Counted from the stretch's first letter, positions 1 through 9,767 are shown. The stretch: 64,000 nucleotides of DNA from an uncultured Gammaproteobacteria bacterium (GCA_964569045.1 CAZMSR010000001.1:2593-66592); one strand, 5' to 3'. Numbers and translations are program-made. The notes: generated from the sequence alone by a model not told the origin.

Positions 1-137
1 GCAGATTTTTTTTATATAAAATGATCGTCAATGAGTTAGTCTTCTTCTTGAAATATTATAATTTTGTGTTAGACTGGATGGGTTGGTCATTGACAAATAA
101 TTTGAATATTAATAGCTAGCTCTGAAGGAGTTGTACC

Positions 138-2441
138 ATGGTGGAAGCAAAAAAATACGAAATTGTAAAAGAAGAGTTACCATCTCTTTATGGAGAGATT
201 GAAAAAAAATGGGATGATTTAAAAAAATTGCAATTAGATAATACAAAGCATCAGCAGGAGTCATTAAAAAAAACAGAAGCAGTCAGTCGTGTGTTAAAAG
301 AATGTATTTCAGAATTGCCTCTTAATGATATTCTAGATAATACTCTAAAAATAATACTTGCAGAAAATTGGTTAAAGCTAACTCATAAAGGAGCAATTTT
401 TCTTTTTGATCGTGAAAATGAAGTACTTCGTTTAGTTGCATGGACTGATTTAGATACTGAATTGGTTAAAGAGTGCGCAAGCATTAATATTGGTCAATGT
501 TTGTGTGGCAAGGCAGCTAAAAATCGTTCTAGTATATATAAAGATTCTATAGATCATGATCACTCAATTTTTTTTGATGGCATTGATGAGCATGGTCATT
601 ATTGTTTATCAATAGTATGTAATGATGAATTACTTGGAGTGCTTTGTTTATATTTAGATGCCGGTCATAAACAAAATGAAGAAGAAATGCAGTTTTTGTC
701 AGATATAGTAAATGTTTTAGCTAGCGTAATTGTTCGGAAGAGGGAAGAGGATAAAAGACTAGTGTATAAAGCTGTAATTGAAGGTAGTAGTGATGCAATT
801 ATTTTTACTTGTAAAAATTGGATTATTGAAGAGGTTAATGAGGCGTTTAAACATGTAACCGGATTTGAAGAAGGTGATGTTATTGGAAGAAGTTTTGCGA
901 TTCTTCAAAATGATATGTTTGATTGTTATGATGAGGAATTCTACAGAGGAATGCAGGTTGCTTTAAGTCAAGCCGGAGAATGGCGAGGAGATTTAAAAAT
1001 AAGAAGAAAAAACGGTGCATTTAGCATTGTTTATGTAAGTATTAAGCCAATTATTTCAAAAGATGAAAAAAATGGGTTAGCATGGTCACTACACGACATT
1101 AACATGGAGCGACAATATGCAGATCGGCTTCGTAAAGTAAGTATGCAGGATCCATTAACGCGTGCTCCTAACAGGTTAGTTTTAGAGCAGAATATGAGGC
1201 TTGTAATTTCTAATAATATTCGCGATAAGCAAATGCATGCACTTTTGTTGATAGATTTGGATAGATTTAATAAAGTAAATGACACTTTTGGTCATGCAGC
1301 TGGAGATGATTTGTTAAAGCAGGCTTTGGCACGTATTAATGGTTGTGTAAGAGATGGTGATACTGTTGCTCGCCTTGGAGGTGATGAATTTGCAGTTTTA
1401 TTAGTTAATATCGAGAGCAGAGATAATGCTGAGAGAATTGCATGCAATATAGTCCGGGTGATAAATAGGGAATTTAATATTAGGGAGTGCAAAGCAAATA
1501 TTGGTTCATCAATAGGTATAGCAATTTTCCCTGAGCATGGAAAAAGTGTTTCTGACTTATTAAATGCAGCAGACGTGGCATTGTATTATGTTAAAGAAAA
1601 TGGACGAAATGGTTGTTGTGTTAGTTCTGAGACATTAGTGCTTAGTTCGCGTGAAAAAAATACACTAGAGGCTGATTTACGAAAGGCTTTAAAAAACGGT
1701 AATCAATTTATTCTTGTTTATCAGCCAAAAGTAGACTTAGAAACCGGTCAATTTGTTGGCGTGGAAGCTCTTGTAAGATGGAGTCATCCGGAAAAGGGTC
1801 TAATATCGCCTAATGATTTTATTTCAGTTGCAGAAAATTCTGGTTTAATAGACGCTCTTGGTGAGTGGGTATTAACAGAAGCGTGCAGGCAAGGACATGA
1901 GTGGGCAAAAGCCGGTTTTAATGATATTGGCATTGCTGTTAATTTGTCATCGCGACAATTTAAAGAAAGTGATGATTTAGTTCATATAGTTAGTGGTGTG
2001 TTACGCAAAACCGGTTTTAATTCTAAAAACCTTGAACTTGAAATAACTGAAAGTGCAGCTGCGCGCAATATGGAAAGTGTAGTAAGACAAATGAGCCAAC
2101 TTTGTGCTCTTGGTGTATCATTTTCACTTGACGATTTTGGTACCGGCATGTCATCTTTGGGCTATCTTAGACAATTTCCAATCAAAGTTTTAAAAATTGA
2201 TCGTTCATTTGTTTTGTCAGATGATCAGTCGATTATTAGGGCAATAGTATTAATGGCTTATGAGCTTGGTTTAAAGGTGGTCGCTGAAGGCGTTGAAAAA
2301 GAAGAGCAAATAGTATGGTTAAAAGAAATTGGTTGCAATATGGCACAAGGTTATTATTGCTCGCGTCCGGTTTTACCTGAATTAATAATCAAATTACTAA
2401 AGAAAAAGCCAAGTCCTATGCAATGTACGTTAGGTTTATAA
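138..2441 (+). CDS. GAF-PAS-GGDEF-EAL c-di-GMP signalling protein (diguanylate cyclase/phosphodiesterase)
   Basis: 767-aa ORF with AAGGAG 7 nt upstream of ATG. RLGGDEF motif followed by EAL-domain motifs VEALVRW, ELEITES, DDFGTG, KIDRSF. N-terminal GAF-like and PAS-like sensory segments. Confidence 0.9.
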   Translation: MVEAKKYEIVKEELPSLYGEIEKKWDDLKKLQLDNTKHQQESLKKTEAVSRVLKECISELPLNDILDNTLKIILAENWLKLTHKGAIFLFDRENEVLRLVAWTDLDTELVKECASINIGQCLCGKAAKNRSSIYKDSIDHDHSIFFDGIDEHGHYCLSIVCNDELLGVLCLYLDAGHKQNEEEMQFLSDIVNVLASVIVRKREEDKRLVYKAVIEGSSDAIIFTCKNWIIEEVNEAFKHVTGFEEGDVIGRSFAILQNDMFDCYDEEFYRGMQVALSQAGEWRGDLKIRRKNGAFSIVYVSIKPIISKDEKNGLAWSLHDINMERQYADRLRKVSMQDPLTRAPNRLVLEQNMRLVISNNIRDKQMHALLLIDLDRFNKVNDTFGHAAGDDLLKQALARINGCVRDGDTVARLGGDEFAVLLVNIESRDNAERIACNIVRVINREFNIRECKANIGSSIGIAIFPEHGKSVSDLLNAADVALYYVKENGRNGCCVSSETLVLSSREKNTLEADLRKALKNGNQFILVYQPKVDLETGQFVGVEALVRWSHPEKGLISPNDFISVAENSGLIDALGEWVLTEACRQGHEWAKAGFNDIGIAVNLSSRQFKESDDLVHIVSGVLRKTGFNSKNLELEITESAAARNMESVVRQMSQLCALGVSFSLDDFGTGMSSLGYLRQFPIKVLKIDRSFVLSDDQSIIRAIVLMAYELGLKVVAEGVEKEEQIVWLKEIGCNMAQGYYCSRPVLPELIIKLLKKKPSPMQCTLGL

Positions 2442-2466
2442 AATTGTACTAGTTCTTTAATTTATT

Positions 2467-2490
2467 TCCTTCGTTATGAGGGATTTTTTT
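2467..2490 (+). terminator. candidate intrinsic terminator after the GGDEF-EAL gene
   Basis: 6-bp stem TCCTTC/GAGGGA (one G-U pair), 5-nt loop, then T7. Lies about 26 nt after the stop codon. Confidence 0.3.
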
Positions 2491-2501
2491 ATGCCAAATG
2501 G

Positions 2502-2546
2502 TTAATTGGGAATGGTATAATTTATGAATGAAACGAGTTTGGTAAT
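2502..2546 (+). repeat. composite intergenic repeat: TTAATTGGGAATGGTAT motif abutting a degenerate MITE-A end
   Basis: 2502..2518 matches 9611..9627 (reverse complement) and 9751..9767. 2518..2546 (AATTTATGAATGAAACGAGTTTGGTAA) resembles the subterminal plus TIR end AATTTATGAATTAAAGCGAGTTTGGCGA of the 160-bp MITE. Confidence 0.4.
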
Positions 2547-2631
2547 TTCTTAAAAGAAAAAAGTGAACATTTTTGGTATGTCCACTCTATGGTTAGTTTA
2601 TCTACTTGGTGTTTTTTTGTTTTTTAAAATT

Positions 2632-3771
2632 TTATCTATTTGCAATATAGCTTAAGCCAAGGATTTCTTCTTGAAACAATCCTCCGGCTAGCAATGCCAT
2701 TTTTCTTTTTCGTTCTTTTTTTTCTCTTATTTCTTTTGGAGTTCCATATCGTGCATAATCACCTTCTGTAAAGATAGAAAGTGCATAAGTTTTTCCATTG
2801 AATTTAAAAACTGTTGCATGATTAGTGTAGTTTTTTTTCCATTTTTTTCTTGAAAAAGTTCCGCTTTTCCCGGCTATTGCTACATTTGCCGGTAAGTAAT
2901 AATCAATCATTCCTTTGCCTGTGTTTATTGAATACATAAAAGTGCGGACAATTCTTGCTGCTCGATCTCTTCTGTAAAAAAGATCACTTAAAAAAAGATT
3001 TGTTCCGCGAACAGTAATGCCTTGACCACGATCTGTGATTTCATACCTACCATTGATTTTTTTCTTTCGTGATCTCGATTTTTGAATTGAATAGTCCTTT
3101 ATAGCTTTAAGACCCTTTGAATCGCTACCCCAAGTTAATTTAAAGTATTTCCAGGCTGCATTGTCTGATATTTTAAACATTAAATACATTTTTTGTAGAT
3201 TATGCCATGATAACATACCATTGTATTTGTCTGCAAAGGCTATAGCAAGAAAAAGCTTTAATACAGATGCTCCATAATATTCTTTTCCCGGATTTTTGCT
3301 TTGTCCGATAAGTTTGGGGCCGGTGATTCTTAGTTCAGACAATTGCCATTGAATTGGATAATTTCGTTTTTGCTCAGAGGCTCTTCTTATTGCTCGATAT
3401 TCGTTTATGTTAGAAAAAGGACATCCGAGACCGGTGTTAACAAAGCGTTGGAAAACATGAGTTTTTCCTTTTTTATCAAGTGCACTGATTTTTTCCGGCG
3501 AATAACTTCTTATTGATTCATTAGCCACTCTGTAACATTTATTTTTTATTGTGGGAGTATGATTGTTACTTATATTTTGGTATGTTATATTATCTCTGTT
3601 CTTTATTTCACCATAATTAACAACGTCAAGATTGGCTATGGCATTGCTTTTTTTTGGTATTCCAATAGAAAGTGTAATTATGAGTAATGTAATTCGTGAG
3701 ATGATTTTTAAGAAGTTTTTTGTGTGAATGGAATCAGAATTTTTTGGCATTGTAATAAACTCCCCGTGCAT
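2632..3771 (-). CDS. exported serine hydrolase, beta-lactamase/penicillin-binding-protein-like fold
   Basis: 379-aa ORF with an N-terminal hydrophobic signal/anchor. SVLK (SxxK), SDN and KSG motifs occur in the canonical order. SxxK-to-SDN spacing is shorter than in classical class A enzymes, so the substrate is uncertain. Alternative start at 3750. Confidence 0.5.
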   Translation of the reverse strand: MHGEFITMPKNSDSIHTKNFLKIISRITLLIITLSIGIPKKSNAIANLDVVNYGEIKNRDNITYQNISNNHTPTIKNKCYRVANESIRSYSPEKISALDKKGKTHVFQRFVNTGLGCPFSNINEYRAIRRASEQKRNYPIQWQLSELRITGPKLIGQSKNPGKEYYGASVLKLFLAIAFADKYNGMLSWHNLQKMYLMFKISDNAAWKYFKLTWGSDSKGLKAIKDYSIQKSRSRKKKINGRYEITDRGQGITVRGTNLFLSDLFYRRDRAARIVRTFMYSINTGKGMIDYYLPANVAIAGKSGTFSRKKWKKNYTNHATVFKFNGKTYALSIFTEGDYARYGTPKEIREKKERKRKMALLAGGLFQEEILGLSYIANR

Positions 3772-3940
3772 CAGTGAAAGGACGAATTAATAACACAAAA
3801 AATTGTACAATGAACATATTCAAAATAAAATATAGCTCTAAAAAATTTAAGCTAGTAAAGATTTACCATTAAAGCTTTTGATGTATGAATAATTGTATAT
3901 TTTATCACATAAAAATTTATTTGTCAAATTTTAGCTAAAT

Positions 3941-3990
3941 ACCTACTCACACAATATAATACATTTCTGAACGAATGTGCAACTGCAGTA
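3941..3990 (-). repeat. dispersed intergenic repeat family B, end fragment
   Basis: ACCTACTCACACAATATAATACATTTCTGAAC matches the reverse complement of 61711..61742 (GTTCAGAAATGCATTATATTGCGTGAGCAGGT). Confidence 0.5.
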
Positions 3991-4032
3991 TAATTTTGCT
4001 ATAATATAATGAATTAATATTTAAGTATTATA

Positions 4033-4476
4033 TTGTTTTTTATGTTACTTTATTTGCTTCAGCATGGCGAATCTGAAGAAAAAGAAAAAGACCCAAATAG
4101 ACCCTTAACTCAAAAAGGAAGAAATGATATCCAAAGTTTAAAAAAATATTTAGGCAGTTGGGAGATGCCTATAATATATCATTCCGGCAAATTAAGAGCA
4201 GAACAAACTGCTCAAATTATTGCTGGTTCTGATTCAATTTTAGCAAAAGAAAACTTAGCACCAAACGATTCCATTAACGCAATATTTAAAGAAATAGAGT
4301 ATTTTAAAAAAGATTTAATGATAGTTGGGCATTTGCCTTTTTTGTCCAGGCTAGTTTCATTTTTGTTAATAAAAGATGAAAGCCATGAGATTGTTAAATT
4401 TACTCCAGGCACTTTAGCCTGTTTGAAAAAGCAATCTAAAAATTGGGTTATTTTATTAGTAAAATCTCCTTTGTAA
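4033..4476 (+). CDS. sixA: SixA-like phosphohistidine phosphatase (histidine phosphatase superfamily)
   Basis: Collinear with SixA: LLQHGES (in place of RHG), RPLTQKG, KLRAEQT, VGHLPFL. Likely true start is ATG 4042. Confidence 0.65.
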   Translation: MFFMLLYLLQHGESEEKEKDPNRPLTQKGRNDIQSLKKYLGSWEMPIIYHSGKLRAEQTAQIIAGSDSILAKENLAPNDSINAIFKEIEYFKKDLMIVGHLPFLSRLVSFLLIKDESHEIVKFTPGTLACLKKQSKNWVILLVKSPL

Positions 4477-4478
4477 AT

Positions 4479-5417
4479 ATGACTGATTTTTTTTTACTGC
4501 TTTTAGGGTTAGGTGGACTAGTTATTGGAGCTCAATTGATTATTAAAGGTGCTTTAAATATTTCGCGTCATTACAAGATATCTGAATTTTTTATTGGACT
4601 GACTGTGCTTGCAATAGGGTCTGATTTACCAGAGCTTGTTGTTCATGTAACTGGAGCGATTCACAAATTAAACGGTGTAGATACAAGTGGTTTAATAATT
4701 GGCGAAACTATTGGCACGTGTATGTCACAAATTGCTCTTGCTCTTGGTATTATCGGTTTGTTTAGTAAGATAAAGTTAGGAAAAAAGGAATTGGTTAGAG
4801 ATGGATCTATGATGCTTGGTTCTGTAGCGTTGATTTTTTTTGTTGGTTTTGATGGTTTGATATCAAGAACAGATGGGGTAGTATTGATTACAATTTATAT
4901 TTTATATTTTATAAACCTATTTCGTGACGAAGGTGTGTTTGAAAAGTTTAAATGGGCAGGTAAAATCCAGTTTGGATGGTCGATTTTATCTTTAATGTCC
5001 GGTTTATTTATCTTAATATATTCTTCAAATTTAGTAATAGTAAACGCAGTTTCACTAGCTGAAGTATGGGGTGTGAGTCAGTCTTTGGTAGGAGCATTAA
5101 TATTAGGGTTTGGAACAAGTTTGCCAGAAATTACTCTAAGTATTGCCGGTCTAAGAAGCGGTGCGATTGGTCTGACAGTAGGAAACTTAATCGGTAGTAA
5201 TATTTATGATGCTATGTTTACCTTGGGTATCGGAGCAAGTATTGCTGAATTTAATTTTGAGAAAAATTTATTAATGAGAGATTTGCCAATTCTTTTTATT
5301 ACTTCTTTAATTGTGTTAATATTTTTCGCTTGGAAACGTAAACTAAAAAGGGTCGAAGCAGTAGCTTTAATTGCAATTTACATAGCCTATGTAGCTTTTA
5401 AATTAGGAATGATGTAG
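4479..5417 (+). CDS. Ca2+/cation antiporter (CaCA, YrbG-like sodium/calcium exchanger family)
   Basis: Polytopic membrane protein with the two alpha-repeat signatures GSDLPEL and GTSLPEI. ATG 4479 lies just after the sixA stop; the ORF-track start 4443 is an upstream TTG extension. Confidence 0.8.
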   Translation: MTDFFLLLLGLGGLVIGAQLIIKGALNISRHYKISEFFIGLTVLAIGSDLPELVVHVTGAIHKLNGVDTSGLIIGETIGTCMSQIALALGIIGLFSKIKLGKKELVRDGSMMLGSVALIFFVGFDGLISRTDGVVLITIYILYFINLFRDEGVFEKFKWAGKIQFGWSILSLMSGLFILIYSSNLVIVNAVSLAEVWGVSQSLVGALILGFGTSLPEITLSIAGLRSGAIGLTVGNLIGSNIYDAMFTLGIGASIAEFNFEKNLLMRDLPILFITSLIVLIFFAWKRKLKRVEAVALIAIYIAYVAFKLGMM

Positions 5418-5500
5418 TTGTAAAACTATAGCTTTAATTTAGCTTAAAAAAATTGCCAACATTGCACTGTGAAGAGATCGTATTATATTGTGTGAGCAGG
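5417..5500 (+). repeat. dispersed intergenic repeat family B, half element
   Basis: About 85% identical by eye to the reverse complement of 61550..61633 (GTTGTAA..ATAGCTTTAATTTAGCT..ATTGCCAA.ATTGCACT..GTGTGAGCAGG). Fills the gap between convergent genes. Confidence 0.6.
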
Positions 5501-5510
5501 TATATGCAGT

Positions 5511-6026
5511 TTATTTTACTAGTTTTAAATATTTTAATATTGCATATGCTATTAACCCTCCTGTCAGGGCTGTGAATAATTGAGGCCAGCTCATCATTGC
5601 TGCAATTTTTTTAGCAATTGCTTGTTTTGTTAAATGTTCTAAGATTTGCGTACTAGTTATCCATAAAAAAAGGAATTTTAAAATACTCGCACTAGCCATA
5701 GCTGTCCAAAAATTTTTTTTCCATAATTTTCCAAAAGTATACACAAGAATAATATTCCCAATCATTATAAATGGGATCATTGGTGCTAAAACTATTGGCA
5801 ATAATCCGGCTGCTAATGCAACAGGTGATGGTATTAAAGCTACAAGCACTCCATGACTAATTCCGAGAATAGCTGTTGCAATAAACAAAGCAGCATTAAT
5901 AACAGGACCAACAGCCGGTTGATAGTGAATAAGTGGAATAAATGTAGCTATACTTAATAGCGCAGCTAGTTGAGTTAGTGTTTTTGTATTTATTTTTGTT
6001 TGTGTAGTTGCTAGAATGTTTTGCAT
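5511..6026 (-). CDS. small polytopic membrane protein, ECF-transporter S-component-like (substrate unknown)
   Basis: 171 aa with 5-6 hydrophobic helices. Last gene of the minus-strand hydrogenase operon. Family assignment is by overall resemblance only. Confidence 0.4.
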   Translation of the reverse strand: MQNILATTQTKINTKTLTQLAALLSIATFIPLIHYQPAVGPVINAALFIATAILGISHGVLVALIPSPVALAAGLLPIVLAPMIPFIMIGNIILVYTFGKLWKKNFWTAMASASILKFLFLWITSTQILEHLTKQAIAKKIAAMMSWPQLFTALTGGLIAYAILKYLKLVK

Positions 6027-6064
6027 ATTTTTTTAAATTTAAAATAATATTTTTGTGTTTTTTA

Positions 6065-7780
6065 TTATTTTTTTATTATCTTAGTTTCGCGAACCTTTTT
6101 ATTGAAGCTTGTATGACATATTTTGTGAATTAAATGTTTGTTAGTTAAAAAAGAATCATACATTTTTTTTGTAATTTTATTGTCATGTGCTCTTCTTACT
6201 TTCTTTTTTGTATCAATACTGTAGAGTCCTTTTGCTCTAGCTTTTCTAATTGTACTGTTAACGGGCATGGGTTGACCTCCGCCTCCAATGCAACCGCCGG
6301 TACATGCCATAAATTCAATGTAATCATAAGCTTTTGGATGTTTTTTTAATTCTTCTAGTATTTTTTTAGCTTCAAACATCCCGCTAGTAACAGCTACTTT
6401 TAATGTTTTATTTTTTATCTTAATTTTTGCTGTTTTTAATCCTTGAAGACCCCTTACTTGAGTAAATTCAATTTTAGGTGCTTTGCATGAGCAAATTTTC
6501 GCATAAGCTGTTCGCAAAGCAGACTCCATAACTCCACCACTGGCACCGTAAATAACGCCTGCTCCTGAATACTCGCTAAATGGGTTATCAGCTTCTTTTC
6601 CTTTTATTTTTGCTAGATTGATATTTTTCTTTTTTAATAAATAAGCTAGTTCTCTTGTTGTTAGCACATGATCTACCGGCTTATATGTATTGATTTTTAC
6701 TTGTGGTCGTTCAATTTCATATTTTTTTGCAGTGCATGGCATTATAGATACTACGTATATATTTTTTGGGTTGATTTTTTCTTGATTTGCCAAGTATGTT
6801 TTAATTAATCCTCCGGATATTATATGTGGTGAACGCACTGTAGTAAGATTTGGAATAAATTCAGGGTAATAAAATTCAATATATTTTACCCAAGAAGGGC
6901 AACAAGAAGTAAACATTGGTAAATTTTTGTTTTCTGCTAGTCTTTCAATTAATTCATTAGCTTCTTCGATGGTTGTAAAATCAGCACCTAGACTAACATC
7001 AAAAACTTTGTCAGCGCCCAGCTCTTTAATTGCAGCTACTAATTGGTTTGTGACGATTTTTCCTGCCGGTAAGCCAAACTCTTCGCCTATACTAGCTCTA
7101 ATTGATGGCGCAAATTGGAATACTGTAATTTTTTTATTTTTAATAAGTGCTTTTTCTGAGTCCTCAAATTCACCAATAGCTTCTATGGCCCCTACAGGGC
7201 AGTGAGTAATGCACTGACCGCAATAAATGCAGTCAATATTTTTATTGCAAGTCGGCATTACCCTGCTTAAGTTATTTATTGTTTGTGTTTCATAGTAATT
7301 TACTTCTTGATCTTGGCAAACTTCAATGCAATTTTTACAATCAATGCATTTAGATGCATCAAATTCTATTGATGGACCAAATTTGTATTTTTTAAATTTT
7401 GCTTTTCGGTTTTTAAATTTATTAACGTCTACATTGTAAATTTTAGCAAGTCGCAACAATTCGCATTTATGCTCTAACACGCAATCAGTACACTCTACTC
7501 GGTGTTGACCAAATATTAACTCTAGATTTAAAGCTCTAGATTTGTTAATGTTTTTTGAATCGGTTTTAATACTCATTCCCGGCTCTGCCTTAATACTGCA
7601 GGCAGTATAAAGGCCATGCTTGCCTGTAATTTCAATTAAGCACATTCTGCAATTGCCTTTGATTTTTAAATCAGGATGATAACATAAAGCAGGTATATCA
7701 ATATTGTTCATGCGCGCTATTTCTAAAATAGTAGCACTCGGTATAGAATTAAATATTCTATTGTTTATGGTTATTTTCAC
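6065..7780 (-). CDS. [FeFe]-hydrogenase catalytic subunit (group A, HydA/HndD-like with N-terminal 2Fe-2S and 4Fe-4S domains)
   Basis: H-cluster motifs TSCCPSW, MPCTAKKYE and FMACTGGCIGGGGQP. N-terminal Cys patterns of 2Fe-2S and two CxxCxxCxxxCP ferredoxin motifs. GTG start overlaps the upstream stop (GTGA). Confidence 0.9.
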   Translation of the reverse strand: MKITINNRIFNSIPSATILEIARMNNIDIPALCYHPDLKIKGNCRMCLIEITGKHGLYTACSIKAEPGMSIKTDSKNINKSRALNLELIFGQHRVECTDCVLEHKCELLRLAKIYNVDVNKFKNRKAKFKKYKFGPSIEFDASKCIDCKNCIEVCQDQEVNYYETQTINNLSRVMPTCNKNIDCIYCGQCITHCPVGAIEAIGEFEDSEKALIKNKKITVFQFAPSIRASIGEEFGLPAGKIVTNQLVAAIKELGADKVFDVSLGADFTTIEEANELIERLAENKNLPMFTSCCPSWVKYIEFYYPEFIPNLTTVRSPHIISGGLIKTYLANQEKINPKNIYVVSIMPCTAKKYEIERPQVKINTYKPVDHVLTTRELAYLLKKKNINLAKIKGKEADNPFSEYSGAGVIYGASGGVMESALRTAYAKICSCKAPKIEFTQVRGLQGLKTAKIKIKNKTLKVAVTSGMFEAKKILEELKKHPKAYDYIEFMACTGGCIGGGGQPMPVNSTIRKARAKGLYSIDTKKKVRRAHDNKITKKMYDSFLTNKHLIHKICHTSFNKKVRETKIIKK

Positions 7781-8766
7781 TTAGATTTGGTATTTATTTT
7801 TAATAAACTTTTAATAGGCGATGAAACGCTTTTTCCAAGAGCGCAAAAGCTAGTGTTGTTCATGGTGAACATTAAATCATCTAATATTTGAGAATCAAGT
7901 TCATTATTTTTAATCATTTCATTAATTCTATACACGCCCTCTCTGCATGGAACACATTTATTACAGTTTTCTTTATGAAAATATCTAATGATATTTTTAA
8001 GTAATTTGGCTATGTTAGTAGTTTTTTTATTGAAAATAATAATTGAGCCGGTGTATTTAAGTTTTTGGTTTAATTGACTTTGGTCAATAAATTCACCGCT
8101 TGCTCCACCTCCTGCCTGTATAAAAAATTTTTGCTTAGGATAATTATTTGTTTTTTTAAGGATTTCTTTTATAGATAAATTATTAGAAATTTCAAATACT
8201 CCTTTGTTCTTAGTATTACCAAAAATAGACACAAACCTAGTATTGTTATATTCGTTTTTAGCAAGTTTAGATATATAATAAAAGGTTTCAGTATTATTAA
8301 CTAGTGTGGGATAATTCCATAATCCGGAGATTGTTGGGAATGGCGGCTTTAATCGTGGCTCTTTGGGTTTGCTTTCGATATCATTAATAAGTGTTGTTTC
8401 TTCTCCGCACAAATAACCTCCTGTTTTTTTAAAAATTTCAATAGGGAGTTTATTAATAGAGTTATTTAATTTTTTTTTATATTTTTTAAAGTATTCAGGT
8501 TTAAGGTAAATTATTGCTTGAGTATTTTTACCTAAATAATTAAGTGCAATATCAATTCCATTAATTACTATATCTGAATATTTATTTAAGATAAAGCCGT
8601 CTTTAAAGGTGTTTGGCTCGCTTTCTGCTGCATTGCATATAATATACTTTTTTTTGGCTTTGGCTTTTTTAACAGCACTCCATTTTGACCAAACTAAAAA
8701 ATTGGCCCCGCCTCGACCAGTTATTTTTGATTTTTTTAATCTAGATATAATATTTGCGTTATTCAT
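7777..8766 (-). CDS. NuoF/HydB-like NAD(P)H-binding FMN flavoprotein subunit
   Basis: GRGGANF, NAAESEPNTFKD, GGYLCGEETTLINDIE..PRLKPPFP, CNKCVPCREG and SFCALG motifs collinear with NuoF/HndC. Confidence 0.85.
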   Translation of the reverse strand: MNNANIISRLKKSKITGRGGANFLVWSKWSAVKKAKAKKKYIICNAAESEPNTFKDGFILNKYSDIVINGIDIALNYLGKNTQAIIYLKPEYFKKYKKKLNNSINKLPIEIFKKTGGYLCGEETTLINDIESKPKEPRLKPPFPTISGLWNYPTLVNNTETFYYISKLAKNEYNNTRFVSIFGNTKNKGVFEISNNLSIKEILKKTNNYPKQKFFIQAGGGASGEFIDQSQLNQKLKYTGSIIIFNKKTTNIAKLLKNIIRYFHKENCNKCVPCREGVYRINEMIKNNELDSQILDDLMFTMNNTSFCALGKSVSSPIKSLLKINTKSK

Positions 8767-8778
8767 GTGATAAGTGCT

Positions 8779-9048
8779 TCATTGCTTTTTCTTTTTAATT
8801 TGGTCTACGGCAATTGCGGCATCAGGGCAAATTCGTTCACATGTTTTGCAACTTATGCATTTTTTAATATCAATTTTAACACTAGCTAGGCCATGATAAG
8901 TTAAGCGTTTTTCATCCCAATATAAACATTTTTTTGGACAAACATAAATGCATAGCCCACAGCTTTTGCATAAATCAGACCAGTGGGTATATATTTTTTT
9001 ATTATCTTGAGTTATTTTTGGTTTAAATGAGGGCATGTTAATTTTCAA
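8779..9048 (-). CDS. 2-oxoacid:ferredoxin oxidoreductase delta subunit (2x[4Fe-4S] ferredoxin)
   Basis: Two CxxCxxCxxxCP motifs (CKSCGLCIYVCP, CISCKTCERICP). Alternative ATG start at 9036, one nt after the gamma-subunit stop. Confidence 0.75.
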   Translation of the reverse strand: MKINMPSFKPKITQDNKKIYTHWSDLCKSCGLCIYVCPKKCLYWDEKRLTYHGLASVKIDIKKCISCKTCERICPDAAIAVDQIKKKKQ

Positions 9049-9595
9049 AACCTACTTTTAATGCTTGATTATTTTGTGATTCTAATTCCGGGTTAGTTTT
9101 ATACTTGTATTCAAATATTTTTGTAACTTCTTTTTGTATATTGTGCAGGTCAAGCTCTTTTATTTCGTGTATTATTTTTCCTAACATTATCATATTAAAA
9201 GACCTTGGGCTGATTTTTTTAGCTAGATTAGTGGCTGGAATTGATTCTATTTTTTTGTATTTTATGTTTTTAAAGATTGATTTTTTTGAAAGTGTAGAGT
9301 TATGGATTATTTTTGTTTGCTTGGTAATTAATTTCTTAATATTTTCGAGCGAACGCCCGCTAAGAATAATTGCTATGGTTGCTTTTTTAAATTTTGGATA
9401 TATTATCGGTTTATTGCTAATTCTAACATAGGCAATAGACACTCCACCTCTTTGTTCAACAGTAAAATTTGGTATATAAGTAGCCTTTAGATCAGCACAA
9501 AAAGCAGTGCGTGCAATAATTTCGCCTATTTTTTGCACTCCGTGGCCACCTTCACCGGCAATTATGATATTTACTTGTTTGTTTTGATTTTTCAT
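9038..9595 (-). CDS. 2-oxoacid:ferredoxin oxidoreductase gamma subunit
   Basis: 185 aa. N-terminal IIIAGEGGHGVQ motif typical of POR/KOR gamma subunits. Operon context. Confidence 0.8.
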   Translation of the reverse strand: MKNQNKQVNIIIAGEGGHGVQKIGEIIARTAFCADLKATYIPNFTVEQRGGVSIAYVRISNKPIIYPKFKKATIAIILSGRSLENIKKLITKQTKIIHNSTLSKKSIFKNIKYKKIESIPATNLAKKISPRSFNMIMLGKIIHEIKELDLHNIQKEVTKIFEYKYKTNPELESQNNQALKVGFEN

Positions 9596-9610
9596 TACTA
9601 TTAATTATTA

Positions 9611-9767
9611 ATACCATTCCCAATTAAACATTTAGAAAACATTCCTGAATTTCGACTACAAAATTCGCTTCGCATTCAACATAACTCATTATGTCTTACG
9701 CTTTAGCTTGTTTTTCACTCAAAATTAAGAAATATTTTTATTCCGAAGTATTAACCGGGAATGGTAT
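9611..9767. repeat. 157-bp inverted-repeat (MITE/REP-like) element between the beta and gamma subunit genes
   Basis: ATACCATTCCCAATTAA (9611..9627) and TTAACCGGGAATGGTAT (9751..9767) are 17-nt inverted repeats with 2 transition mismatches. A third copy of the motif is at 2502..2518. Confidence 0.5.

Noticed and set aside
9105-9431. 108-aa plus-strand ORF and similar antisense ORFs (for example 6927..7205, 11223..11504, 12366..12668, 16540..16950, 60357..60728)
   Set aside because: All are antisense to CDSs with unambiguous catalytic motifs. Their products are hydrophobic and low complexity, which is typical of AT-rich antisense frames.
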